A stretch of 64,000 bases of DNA from an uncultured Gammaproteobacteria bacterium (GTDB taxonomy: Bacteria > Patescibacteriota > Patescibacteriia > Magasanikbacterales > GWA2-37-8): NCBI GenBank assembly GCA_964511375.1, contig CAZEEW010000003.1, positions 10,987-74,986 on the forward strand, written 5' to 3'. Both the position numbers and the translations under genes were made by a program. This document shows positions 37,942-47,145 of the stretch, piece by piece. The notes beneath the pieces are model-generated. The model saw only the letters and a program-made list of their open reading frames with translations. It ran no database searches and was not told the origin of the DNA. The first letter of the stretch is position 1; the number at the start of each line of letters is the position of its first letter.

Positions 37942-38457
37942 ATGCCCAGATCATATTCTGACAATATTATTTTCTACGATGCTGAATTTACTTCTCTTCG
38001 TCCACGCGAAGCAGAACTTTTATCATTGGCACTCGTTAAAATTACTGGTGAAGAATTGTATCTGGAATTAGAATCAGCTGCTCCGCTAGACCTTTGGGTA
38101 GAAAAAAATGTTATACCTTCCCTCAAAGAGGAGAAAGTGTCTCGACAAGAGGCGCGGGAAAGTATTACCCGTTTTGTGGGGAATACATGCCCCTACATAG
38201 TTGCCTATGTAAACCAATTTGACTCCGTTTATTGGTACGATCTTTTCGAATCGCCTAAAGATCACCCGGTTTTCTGGATTCCAATCGATTTTGCCTCAAT
38301 TCTTTTTGCTAACGGTTATGATCCAGTCAGTTTGAATAAACAGCGCTTTTATGAAGAATTAGGCTTAAGAAGAGAGGATTATGGCAAACACCATGCCCTG
38401 GAAGATGCTCGCTTGTTAAAGGACGTCTACCTGCGTTTTATGGAAAAAATGGCTTAA
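37942..38457 (+). CDS. DEDDh 3'-5' exonuclease (DnaQ-like)
   Basis: Exo I FYDAEFTSL and Exo III HHALEDARL. Trimmed to ATG 37942. Confidence 0.65.
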   Translation: MPRSYSDNIIFYDAEFTSLRPREAELLSLALVKITGEELYLELESAAPLDLWVEKNVIPSLKEEKVSRQEARESITRFVGNTCPYIVAYVNQFDSVYWYDLFESPKDHPVFWIPIDFASILFANGYDPVSLNKQRFYEELGLRREDYGKHHALEDARLLKDVYLRFMEKMA

Positions 38458-38547
38458 ATAAGCGATTTTTTACTTTATTTCATCTCTTGTTTTATTTTAA
38501 AAGCTATGATAAAATAATTGGGCTAAATAAGCCTATTTTTTGTTATT

Positions 38548-41340
38548 ATGTCTTTATTAACCAAAATATTTGGTGATCCGAATAAAAAAGTGATCGAGAG
38601 TCTTCAGCCTATCGTAGAAAAAATTAATTCCTTGGAGTCAGCCATGGTTAATTTGTCTATGAATGACTTAAAGGGAAAAACAGAAGAATTTAAAAATCGC
38701 CTAAGTAAAGGCGAGACATTGGAAGATCTTCTGCCAGAGGCGTTTGCAGTCGTTCGTGAAGTTTCAAAGCGCCTAACGGGCATGCGACATTTCGATGTCC
38801 AGCTTATGGGCGGTATCGTTTTGCATCGCGGACAGATTTCGGAAATGCGAACTGGTGAAGGTAAGACTTTGGTGGCAACTTTACCAATCTATTTAAATGC
38901 CTTAACTGGTCGGGGTGTTCATTTGGTTACCGTCAATGATTATCTGGCGAAACGTGACGCAGTTTGGATGAGCCAAATCTATGACGCACTTGGTTTAACT
39001 ATTGGTATTATCCAACAACAGAATGTTTCATATAAATATAATGCTACTGCCAGAGCAGCTGGCGAAAATCTAGCTGAGGGCAGTGAAAGTGACGAGCAGC
39101 GAGATAAAACTGGAATGTTTAAAGTTGAGAACGAATATCTAGATCGTTGTACTCGTAAAGAAGCTTACGCTTGTGATATTACCTATGGTACCAATAATGA
39201 ATTTGGTTTTGACTATCTCCGCGACAATATGGTGCAAGACTTGTCGCAAATGGTACAACGACCTTTTTATTTTGCTATCGTTGACGAAGTTGACTCTATT
39301 TTAATTGATGAAGCACGCACCCCACTTGTTATCTCTGCTCCAGCTGAAGATGCGACCGAAAAGTATTATCGCTTTGCTGACCTAGTAGCACGGTTGAAAG
39401 TTAACGAAGACTATAACGTCGATGAAAAGATGCGCTCGTCTACCTTGACAGAGGCTGGTATTAAAAAAATGGAAGAATGGTTAGGTATAGATAATATTTA
39501 CGCTGAAGGTGGTTTGGGTACAGTGCATCATGTCGAACAAGCTTTACGTGCCCATGCTTTGTTTAAACGCGATCGAGACTATGTTGTTGAAAACGGTGAA
39601 GTTATAATTGTCGATGAATTTACTGGTCGCAAAATGCCAGGTCGCAGGTATAGCGAAGGCTTGCATCAAGCCATTGAGGCGCAAGAGCGAGTTAAGATCC
39701 AACGCGAAAGCCAAACTCTTGCTACCATTACTTTCCAGAACTACTTCCGCATGTACGAAAAGTTAGCTGGTATGACTGGTACGGCGGTTACGGAAGCTGA
39801 AGAATTTGGCAAAATATATAAGCTAGAAGTTGTGGTCATTCCAACCAACAAAATTGCTCAACGTCTTGACCGCCCGGATCGTATTTACCGTACGGAAGAA
39901 GCTAAATATAAAGCCATCGCGCGGGAAGTAAAAGAACTGCAACAAAAAGGTCAGCCGGTCTTGATCGGTACTATCTCAGTGGATAAAAACGAAGCCCTAA
40001 GTCTGTTTTTAGAACGCGAAGGGATTAAACATGAAATTTTAAATGCTAAGAACCATGAGCGAGAAGGTGAAATTATTGCTCAAGCTGGCCGACCGGGTGC
40101 TGTGACTTTGGCCACAAACATGGCTGGTCGTGGTGTTGATATTATTTTAGGCGGTAATCCACCAGACAAAGAAATGGGGGACAAGGTCCGTGCTAACGGT
40201 GGTTTGTTTGTGATTGGTACAGAACGACATGAGTCACGCCGTATAGATAACCAGCTTCGTGGTCGCGCTGGTCGCCAGGGGGACCCGGGTGCTACCCAGT
40301 TTTATCTTTCTACTGAAGACGATCTTATGCGTATTTTCGCGGGTGATCGGATCCGAGCGGTTATGAAGACCCTGCGTGTACCAGATGACATGCCGATTGA
40401 GCAGAAAAGCATTACCAGTATTATTGAATCAGCCCAAAAGAAAGTTGAGGGTTTCCATTTTGATACCCGTAAGCATTTACTCGAGTTTGATGATGTCTTA
40501 AATCGTCATCGCGAAGTAATTTATGGCAAACGTAAGGTTATTTTAGAAGAGTTTACTCGCCAAAGAGAAATGATTCGGGCTAGTGAAGCAGGAAATCCAA
40601 CGGTTGAAACTCCAGAAGAAGTAGGCAAACAAAAACTGCAAGACATGATTTTAGAAATGATTGAGCAAGAACTGGAACAAATCATTTCTTTTCACACTGC
40701 TTCCGAAGAACGTAGCGAGTGGAACATGCAGGAAATTGCCGAGTCTGTCCAAACTATTTACCCTTTGACCGAAGAAGAAAAAGCTAAGCTTTTGGCTTTT
40801 AAAAATCCAAGTGCAGAAAAATTAGAATCAATCGAGGAAAGAACCAAGGCAATTGAATACTTGAATGAGCTGGCTAAGTCTAAATACGAAGAGTTGTTGA
40901 TTAAAAAAGTTCCGCATCCGGAAATGATGCTTGAGATTGAAAAGCAAGTTTTGCTTCGCGCTATTGACAATCTGTGGTTAGAACACTTAGTGGCTGTTGA
41001 TCACCTTAGAACAGGTATCGGTTTACGCGGTTATGGCCAGCGCGATCCGTTAGTTGAATACAAAAAAGAAACATACCAGATGTTTAATGAACTTCTGAGT
41101 TTAATACAAAAAGAAGTTGTCTATACTATTTATAAAGTTAGTATAGGTATTGAATTTGCACCTAGTGTCATGGCAAAAGAAAACGTGACTTTAAGTGGTG
41201 CGGCTAAAACTAGTGATGGTAATACAGCAACGCAAACCTCTAAACCAAAAATGATTGATCAAACTGGTAACGAACCAGGGCGCAATGATCCATGTCCGTG
41301 TGGAAGTGGATTGAAGTATAAAAAGTGTCATGGAAAGTAA
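38548..41340 (+). CDS. secA: preprotein translocase SecA
   Basis: Full-length SecA with a C-terminal CPCGSGLKYKKCHG zinc finger. Confidence 0.95.
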   Translation: MSLLTKIFGDPNKKVIESLQPIVEKINSLESAMVNLSMNDLKGKTEEFKNRLSKGETLEDLLPEAFAVVREVSKRLTGMRHFDVQLMGGIVLHRGQISEMRTGEGKTLVATLPIYLNALTGRGVHLVTVNDYLAKRDAVWMSQIYDALGLTIGIIQQQNVSYKYNATARAAGENLAEGSESDEQRDKTGMFKVENEYLDRCTRKEAYACDITYGTNNEFGFDYLRDNMVQDLSQMVQRPFYFAIVDEVDSILIDEARTPLVISAPAEDATEKYYRFADLVARLKVNEDYNVDEKMRSSTLTEAGIKKMEEWLGIDNIYAEGGLGTVHHVEQALRAHALFKRDRDYVVENGEVIIVDEFTGRKMPGRRYSEGLHQAIEAQERVKIQRESQTLATITFQNYFRMYEKLAGMTGTAVTEAEEFGKIYKLEVVVIPTNKIAQRLDRPDRIYRTEEAKYKAIAREVKELQQKGQPVLIGTISVDKNEALSLFLEREGIKHEILNAKNHEREGEIIAQAGRPGAVTLATNMAGRGVDIILGGNPPDKEMGDKVRANGGLFVIGTERHESRRIDNQLRGRAGRQGDPGATQFYLSTEDDLMRIFAGDRIRAVMKTLRVPDDMPIEQKSITSIIESAQKKVEGFHFDTRKHLLEFDDVLNRHREVIYGKRKVILEEFTRQREMIRASEAGNPTVETPEEVGKQKLQDMILEMIEQELEQIISFHTASEERSEWNMQEIAESVQTIYPLTEEEKAKLLAFKNPSAEKLESIEERTKAIEYLNELAKSKYEELLIKKVPHPEMMLEIEKQVLLRAIDNLWLEHLVAVDHLRTGIGLRGYGQRDPLVEYKKETYQMFNELLSLIQKEVVYTIYKVSIGIEFAPSVMAKENVTLSGAAKTSDGNTATQTSKPKMIDQTGNEPGRNDPCPCGSGLKYKKCHGK

Positions 41341-41343
41341 AAT

Positions 41344-41766
41344 ATGTTAGATAAACAAATTAAAGTAGGCGCCGGTGTTGTAATAATTAAAGACGGAAAA
41401 ACACTCTTAACCAAACGCCGTGGAGCGCATGCTGAAGGAACTTATGGTTCAGTTGGCGGACATGTTGAATATGGTGAGAGTCCTGTAGAGGCAGTAAAAA
41501 GAGAAGCAAGAGAAGAATTGGGTGTCGAAATTGGCAATATCCGATTTGCTACATGTCTGAATATGATTAAGTACGGTACTCATTATCTTGACGTTTCTTT
41601 TACCGCAGAAATAGTTTCTGGTGAACCAAAAATAATGGAGCCGGATAAAATAGAAAATATTGGCTGGTATCCTCTAAACAATTTGCCCAAGCCTTTATTT
41701 GAACCTGTACGGATTGTTTTGGAGCAAATTACTTCGGGCGTAGTTTATCGAGAAATAAAGGATTAA
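41344..41766 (+). CDS. NUDIX hydrolase
   Basis: Nudix box GGHVEYGESPVEAVKREAREELG. Confidence 0.8.
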   Translation: MLDKQIKVGAGVVIIKDGKTLLTKRRGAHAEGTYGSVGGHVEYGESPVEAVKREAREELGVEIGNIRFATCLNMIKYGTHYLDVSFTAEIVSGEPKIMEPDKIENIGWYPLNNLPKPLFEPVRIVLEQITSGVVYREIKD

Positions 41767-41769
41767 CCC

Positions 41770-41798
41770 TTGCCAAAACCAAAAAAATGAGCTAATAT
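41770..41798 (+). promoter_or_regulatory. sigma70-like promoter for secD
   Basis: TTGCCA-17-TAATAT. Confidence 0.45.
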
Positions 41799-41831
41799 TT
41801 ACCCACTTACAGGTTTAAAAAACATTAATTT

Positions 41832-43922
41832 ATGCAGAAAAACAAATACGCTAAGCCAGCTGCAAAGGGGATTACCCGTTCGCAGCTACGTTGGAGGACT
41901 CTCGGAGTGCTTTTTTTGTTAGTAGTTTCGCTTTTAGTTGTCATGCCTACGTATGCCAATCGCGGTATTAATTGGGTGAACAATAAGACCAATTTAGGTA
42001 TTCCAACTTTACCAGACAAGGGTTTTAACCTGGGTTTGGATTTACAAGGTGGTGCTCACTTGGTTTACAAAGCGGATACCACTCAAGTCCAGGGCGGAGA
42101 TGTCGATTCAGCAGTCGAGGGTGTACGAGATGTTATTGAACGACGTGTCCGTGGTGGTTTGGGTGTTTCTGAGCCATTAGTACAAACCAACGAAGTTGGT
42201 GATGAACAGCGTATAATTATTGAATTACCAGGTATTACTGATGTCAAACAAGCAATCGCGATGATCGGCGAAACACCAGTATTAGAATTCAAAGAGGTAA
42301 ATGATACTCCTGCTCGGGATCTGACTAAAGAAGAAAAGAAACAAATGGACGATTTTAACAAAGCTGCTGAGAAAAAAGCACGTGAAGCTTTAGTAGCTGC
42401 CAGAAAAGGTACAGATTTTGCTGAGCTAGTTAATAAATATAGTGATGACCCAGCGGAGGTTAAACAAAAAGGTGGTAATGTTGGTTTTGTGACCTCAGAT
42501 ATTTCTCCAGAATTGTACAAATGGGCAACTGGTAAAAAAATAAATGAAGTCAGTCGTGATTTAGTTAAGGATAATGACGGACTAAATATTTTGAAAAAGA
42601 TTTCCGAGCGTGATGGTGAGAAAAAAGTTACTGCTTCACACTTGCTCTTGTGTTATAACGGTGCAACTGGCTGTACTGATCCAAAGTACACCAAAGAAGA
42701 AGCAAAAGCAAAGATCGAGGAAATAAAAAAGCAAGCCACCATTCAGAATTTTCGTGATCTAGTCAAACAATATACCACTGAACCAGGTGGAGCCGATCGT
42801 AATGGCGAACTGGGCACTTTCAGTAAAGGCCAAATGGTTCCTGCTTTTGAGGATGTGGCCTTTAGTATGCCAAATAATTCTATCTCTGATCCGGTTGAGA
42901 CCGAATTCGGTTATCACTTGATTTACAAATATGGTGAAGAAATTCCCAAGGAATATGAGTTGGCACGCGTATTTGTAAATACTAAAACCGCGACAGACAT
43001 ACTGCCCCCAGCTGATCAATGGAAGAAAACTGGTCTTTCCGGTAAACAGTTAAAGCGTGCTGAGGTGGTTGAAGACCAGCAGACTAGCCAGATTCAAGTT
43101 AGTTTAAACTTCAATGATGAAGGTACTAAACTATTCGGTGAAATTACTGAACGAAATATTGGCAAACAAGTCGCTATTTTCTTAGACGGCGAACCTTTGA
43201 GCACTCCAGTAGTTAATGAAGCCATTACTAGTGGCAGCGCAGTTATTTCTGGTGGGTTTACTTTTCAGGAAGCAAAATTATTGGCTCAACGGCTAAACTC
43301 TGGTGCTTTGCCGGTGCCAGTAGAATTAATTAGCCAACAAAGTGTTGACGCTTCTTTGGGCAGCGACTCTTTGCAAAAGAGTTTTAAGGCCGGTATCGCT
43401 GGTTTGATTGCTGTTATGCTGTTCATGATTTTGTATTACCGTTTACCCGGTATTATTTCTGTTGCAACTTTAGTCATATATGCTGCTCTAACCTTGGCCT
43501 TATCCAAAATTTTGGGGGTTACGTTAACACTTTCCGGTATTGCTGGTTTCATTCTTTCTATCGGTATGGCTGTAGATGCTAACGTTTTGGTGTTTGAACG
43601 CCTAAAAGAGGAACTGCGCACGGGTAAATCCTTAAAAGTCGCAGGAGAAGAAGCTTTTGTACGCGCTTGGTCTTCTATTCGTGATGGAAATATTACCACG
43701 TTAATTTCCTGTGTTTTACTGGTATGGTTTGGTTCCGGATTTATCCAAGGCTTTGCGGTTACTCTTGGTCTTGGTATCTTGGTGAGTATGTTAACGGCCT
43801 TTGTCTTTAGTAGGACAATTATACGCTTAGTTTTTTCTTGGTTACCAGAGAGAGGAAACTGGTTTTTTCTAGGTCACCAGTCTAAAACTCTTGAGAGTGT
43901 AGAATCTACTGTAAATAAATAA
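41832..43922 (+). CDS. secD: SecD with inserted tandem parvulin-type PPIase (PpiC/SurA-like) domains
   Basis: SecD N-terminal TM, P1 region and C-terminal six-TM core. The central inserts carry FAELVNKYSDD...GGNVGFV and ASHLLL...GELGTFSKGQMVPAFEDVAF...GYHLIY, which are parvulin signatures. Confidence 0.7.
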   Translation: MQKNKYAKPAAKGITRSQLRWRTLGVLFLLVVSLLVVMPTYANRGINWVNNKTNLGIPTLPDKGFNLGLDLQGGAHLVYKADTTQVQGGDVDSAVEGVRDVIERRVRGGLGVSEPLVQTNEVGDEQRIIIELPGITDVKQAIAMIGETPVLEFKEVNDTPARDLTKEEKKQMDDFNKAAEKKAREALVAARKGTDFAELVNKYSDDPAEVKQKGGNVGFVTSDISPELYKWATGKKINEVSRDLVKDNDGLNILKKISERDGEKKVTASHLLLCYNGATGCTDPKYTKEEAKAKIEEIKKQATIQNFRDLVKQYTTEPGGADRNGELGTFSKGQMVPAFEDVAFSMPNNSISDPVETEFGYHLIYKYGEEIPKEYELARVFVNTKTATDILPPADQWKKTGLSGKQLKRAEVVEDQQTSQIQVSLNFNDEGTKLFGEITERNIGKQVAIFLDGEPLSTPVVNEAITSGSAVISGGFTFQEAKLLAQRLNSGALPVPVELISQQSVDASLGSDSLQKSFKAGIAGLIAVMLFMILYYRLPGIISVATLVIYAALTLALSKILGVTLTLSGIAGFILSIGMAVDANVLVFERLKEELRTGKSLKVAGEEAFVRAWSSIRDGNITTLISCVLLVWFGSGFIQGFAVTLGLGILVSMLTAFVFSRTIIRLVFSWLPERGNWFFLGHQSKTLESVESTVNK

Positions 43923-43933
43923 TTTTCGACATT

Positions 43934-44857
43934 ATGAGTAACATTCCTTTTATCAAATATTCAAAGCTTTGGCTTAGTATTACAACAGCCGTCATGCTCT
44001 TTAGCATTGCTTTTCTGGTAATCTGGGGTTTAAAACCAGGCATAGATTTTACTGGAGGCTCTTTGTTGGAAGCAGAATTTAGTCAAGTTCGTCCCGATGC
44101 TAATCTAGTACGTACTTCGTTGCAGGATTGGGATCATAAAAATGCTGTTGTGCAAACTACTGGAGAAAAGGGTTTGATTATCCGGACTTCTTTTTTGAAC
44201 GAAGAAGAGCATCAAAAATTGGTACAGAATTTAGGAGATAAATTCGGCACTGAAGAGAACAAAATTAACGAGCAACGTTTCGAAACAATTGGTTCTTCAG
44301 TAAGTAAGACTTTGCGTGAACGCGCTGTCTGGGCGATAATTTTAGTTAACTTAGGTATTATCGCCTATATCGCATACGCTTTTCGTAAGGTTTCTCGTCC
44401 AGTCGCAAGCTGGAAATATGGCGCTATTGCTATCTTTGCCCTTGTTCATGATGTTTTGCTCGTTATGGGTGTGTTTGCCATATTAGGTCGTTTTTCGGGC
44501 ACTGAAGTCGATATCGCTTTTGTGGTCGCTCTTCTCACTGTTCTTGGTTACTCTGTTAACGATACGATCGTTGTGTTTGACCGCGTCCGTGAAAATTTGT
44601 TACACCGCTATTCCGATGACTTCTCTGAAACCGTTAACTATGGTTTGAACCAAACTCTAATGCGCTCCATTAACACTACCTTGACCACCTTACTACCGTT
44701 GTTCGCCCTCTATTTCATCGGTGGAGAGACAATTAAAAATTTCTCTCTAGCACTTTTGATCGGTATCGCGAGCGGGGCCTATTCCTCGATATTTATTGCC
44801 AGTCCGCTTTTGGCAATGGTAGAAAAGTGGCAAACCAGACGTTTCGCCAAAGCCTAG
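43934..44857 (+). CDS. secF: protein translocase subunit SecF
   Basis: SecF topology and motifs. Adjacent to secD. Confidence 0.85.
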   Translation: MSNIPFIKYSKLWLSITTAVMLFSIAFLVIWGLKPGIDFTGGSLLEAEFSQVRPDANLVRTSLQDWDHKNAVVQTTGEKGLIIRTSFLNEEEHQKLVQNLGDKFGTEENKINEQRFETIGSSVSKTLRERAVWAIILVNLGIIAYIAYAFRKVSRPVASWKYGAIAIFALVHDVLLVMGVFAILGRFSGTEVDIAFVVALLTVLGYSVNDTIVVFDRVRENLLHRYSDDFSETVNYGLNQTLMRSINTTLTTLLPLFALYFIGGETIKNFSLALLIGIASGAYSSIFIASPLLAMVEKWQTRRFAKA

Positions 44858-44872
44858 AGTGTCAAATAAGAT

Positions 44873-44906
44873 AAAACCCCTTCCAAAATTTGGAAGGGGT
44901 TTTTGT
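44873..44906 (+). terminator. secF terminator
   Basis: aaccccttcc-aaaattt-ggaaggggtt plus a T-run. Confidence 0.65.
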
Positions 44907-44961
44907 TATCTTGCCTTTGTGGTATAATATTTGTGAACAATTTAGTAAATTTTTTCAAATT

Positions 44962-45123
44962 ATGAACGATACTACCGCCCGGCATTTAGTTTGTATTTTG
45001 GCAACACTAATTACTGGTTTTGCCTATTATGCCGGGTATGTTTCTGGGACACGTGGTTGGTGGTGGACAATTTTTGGTTGTCTTATCATCTACGGCGGGG
45101 TATATAGGATAATAAGTAAGTAA
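44962..45123 (+). CDS. 53-aa two-TM membrane protein (VirB3-like position)
   Basis: Trimmed from the 77-aa track ORF to the ATG after the extended -10 tggtataat. Two hydrophobic helices with a WWW motif. Immediately upstream of the VirB4-N-domain paralog. Confidence 0.4.
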   Translation: MNDTTARHLVCILATLITGFAYYAGYVSGTRGWWWTIFGCLIIYGGVYRIISK

Positions 45124-45125
45124 AT

Positions 45126-46541
45126 ATGGGTCTTTGGGTTATTGATACACCCTTTGGTTTTAGCCTTGATCTCACCCTTTGGCAGAGTATTTTAATGTTA
45201 CGCGAGTGGGAATTGGTCAAAGTCTTGTTTGCCATTGGTGGTTGGACCGCCGCTTGGTTGTTGTTCTTTTTTATTGGAAAAGAATGCTGGTTAGCGTTTC
45301 GTCAGGCGAAATATACCAAGGGTTGGGAGTGGGTATTATTGGCAGTTGACATTCCACCCATGTTTATCCAGACTCCTAAGGCAGTTGAACAGATCTTTGC
45401 TCATTTAAGCGGTATTCAATCCACGCCGAATTTTGGTGAAAAATATTGGCAGGGGGAAAAGCAAAGATATTTTAGTTTAGAAATTGTTAGTATAGAAGGG
45501 TATATCCAGTTTTTAATTCGCACTGAAAAATCTCTGCGCGACTTAGTCGAAGCAGCCATATATGCTCAGTATCCAGAAGCCGAGATTACTGAAGTAGAGG
45601 ATTACGTGGATGTCTTGCCTAAGACTTATCCAAATCCTGAATACGACATTGCCGCGGGAGAGTTTAAACTTATTAATGACGAGCCGTTTCCAATTCGCAC
45701 TTATCCAAGCTTTGAATACAGTTTGAGTAAGGATGTCGTGTTCAGTGACCCGATGGCCGCCCTGCTCGAAAACTTTAGTCGGATCGGTCATGGTGAAAAT
45801 TTCTGGATGCAGATAATTATTGAGCCAACAGATAACGCTTGGAAGCAAAAAGGGATAGATCTTGTAAAAAAGATTGTCGCGAACAAAAAAGAAGTTAAAC
45901 CGGTTCCTTTGGTTGCTAAAGCCACCGAAGGTTTGGTCGGTGAAGCAGTTAATATAATAAAATGGTCTTTTGACGGTGGAGACGAACCTAAAAAAGAAGA
46001 ACCAGCTGGCAAAGTTCAGGACTTAACTCCTGGCGCTAAAAATACCGTTGAGTCTATTGAAGACAAAATATCTAAGATTGGTTTTAAAACAAAGTTAAGG
46101 GTCTTGTACATTGCCAAGAAAGAGACCTTTAACCCCACGAAATGCATGAAAGGTTTTGTGGGTGCTCTCTACCAATTTAATATTAACGTGCGTAATGGTT
46201 TTAAGGGGCATAAATCTACAAGTGGTACTTACTGGTTCAAGGAATATAAGATTAGAGAATTAAAAAGAAAGTTTGCGGAAGCCGTAAGAAAGAGAAAAAT
46301 TAAAACCTTTGGTAACCCTTACATTTTGAATATTGAAGAACTGGCGACCATCTGGCACTTCCCATTGCCGTTTGTTAAAACGCCTCTTATGCAAAAGCAA
46401 ATTAGTAAAACCGCTGAACCCCCACTTGGTTTGCCAATTGAAACTATGGACGGCCCGCTTAAAAAGAAAGTTACTCCACCTCCCGAGGGGCCAACTAAAC
46501 CACTTGAACCAAGTACTCCTGAAGATTTACCTTACGGTTAA
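45126..46541 (+). CDS. paralog of the N-terminal domain of the VirB4/HerA-like ATPase (60575-63133), lacking the P-loop ATPase domain; Pro/Lys-rich C-terminus
   Basis: Collinear similarity to 60575-63133. LVEAAIYAQYPEAEITEVEDY aligns with FLEQQIHAQYPHAEISEEPDY, and FPIRTYPSFEY...DPMAALLENF aligns with FPFKSYKKMDTDPLVALLNPL. An N-terminal TM is present. No Walker A. Confidence 0.55.
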   Translation: MGLWVIDTPFGFSLDLTLWQSILMLREWELVKVLFAIGGWTAAWLLFFFIGKECWLAFRQAKYTKGWEWVLLAVDIPPMFIQTPKAVEQIFAHLSGIQSTPNFGEKYWQGEKQRYFSLEIVSIEGYIQFLIRTEKSLRDLVEAAIYAQYPEAEITEVEDYVDVLPKTYPNPEYDIAAGEFKLINDEPFPIRTYPSFEYSLSKDVVFSDPMAALLENFSRIGHGENFWMQIIIEPTDNAWKQKGIDLVKKIVANKKEVKPVPLVAKATEGLVGEAVNIIKWSFDGGDEPKKEEPAGKVQDLTPGAKNTVESIEDKISKIGFKTKLRVLYIAKKETFNPTKCMKGFVGALYQFNINVRNGFKGHKSTSGTYWFKEYKIRELKRKFAEAVRKRKIKTFGNPYILNIEELATIWHFPLPFVKTPLMQKQISKTAEPPLGLPIETMDGPLKKKVTPPPEGPTKPLEPSTPEDLPYG

Positions 46542-46555
46542 ACACATAAACAAAA

Positions 46556-46581
46556 ATATCCACCAAAGTGGATATTTTTAG
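46556..46581 (+). terminator. terminator after 45126-46541 gene
   Basis: atatccac-caaa-gtggatat plus a T-run. Confidence 0.6.
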
Positions 46582-46589
46582 TAAACACA

Positions 46590-46646
46590 CTTCTCGGTAC
46601 TCTAGAAAATACATAGACATATATTCTCTAGGGCACGACCGAGAAG
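46590..46646. repeat. GC-clamped long hairpin with AT-rich interior at 3' end of islet-3 gene
   Basis: Outer stem cttctcggt/accgagaag (9 bp) enclosing about 39 nt. The internal ctctag direct repeat is AT-rich. Confidence 0.45.
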
Positions 46647-46693
46647 CGGATGCACCCCTGGCGTGGGGCGCCATGGCAGGGTGTTCGGGGGGG

Positions 46694-46843
46694 CTAGCGG
46701 ACGATCCAGCAGATGAAACGCTGGTCGTCCGGGTTGGAGTAACAGGGCTTCAGGTCCGCCTTGAGGGCGAACCAGGAGATGACGAGAAATGTCAGGACAG
46801 CGAACGCGAGGCCCGCCGCCCTCTTCCAAGTGAACGCCGCCAC
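46694..46843 (-). CDS. 49-aa single-TM small protein encoded in GC-rich islet 3 (GTG start)
   Basis: Not in the ORF track. RBS aggagg, 5 nt before the GTG. GC3 about 87%. Sequence MAAFTWKRAAGLAFAVLTFLVISWFALKADLKPCYSNPDDQRFICWIVR. Confidence 0.45.
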   Translation of the reverse strand: MAAFTWKRAAGLAFAVLTFLVISWFALKADLKPCYSNPDDQRFICWIVR

Positions 46844-47102
46844 CGGAACCTCCTACTGATTTTTCTCAACTGCAACGGGAAGAGCGAGCCCTTCGTCTCT
46901 TCCGGCAGATGCAGTCGTTCCTGTATCTTCTCCGGCCGCTTCGGTAGAAGCCGCCAGATGATTCCCATGAGAACCGCGATCCCGATACCCAACCCCATTC
47001 TTACCTCCTGAGTTGGGTTGGTGCGCCTAGACGTGAACTTCACGCCAGACAACGACTAAACATACTCTTTTTGTCTGGTTTTGTCAATGTGATTAATGTG
47101 CA

Positions 47103-47129
47103 CAAAAAACTCGGGTGTTAACCCGAGTT
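47103..47129 (-). terminator. terminator of - strand membrane-protein gene
   Basis: aactcgggt-gtta-acccgagtt with a T-run on the - strand. Confidence 0.6.
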
Positions 47130-47145
47130 GTATCTATTCTTTTGT

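Noticed and set aside
46568-47052. Long low-complexity ORFs in islet 3 (46568-47011 +, 46602-46829 -, 46792-47052 -) and in islet 4 (54739-54981 +, 54746-55015 -)
   Set aside because: GC-rich DNA keeps all frames open. These frames lack start-proximal RBSs and have lower GC3 than the short frames called instead. The 46792-47052 frame is mentioned as a possible upstream cistron only.
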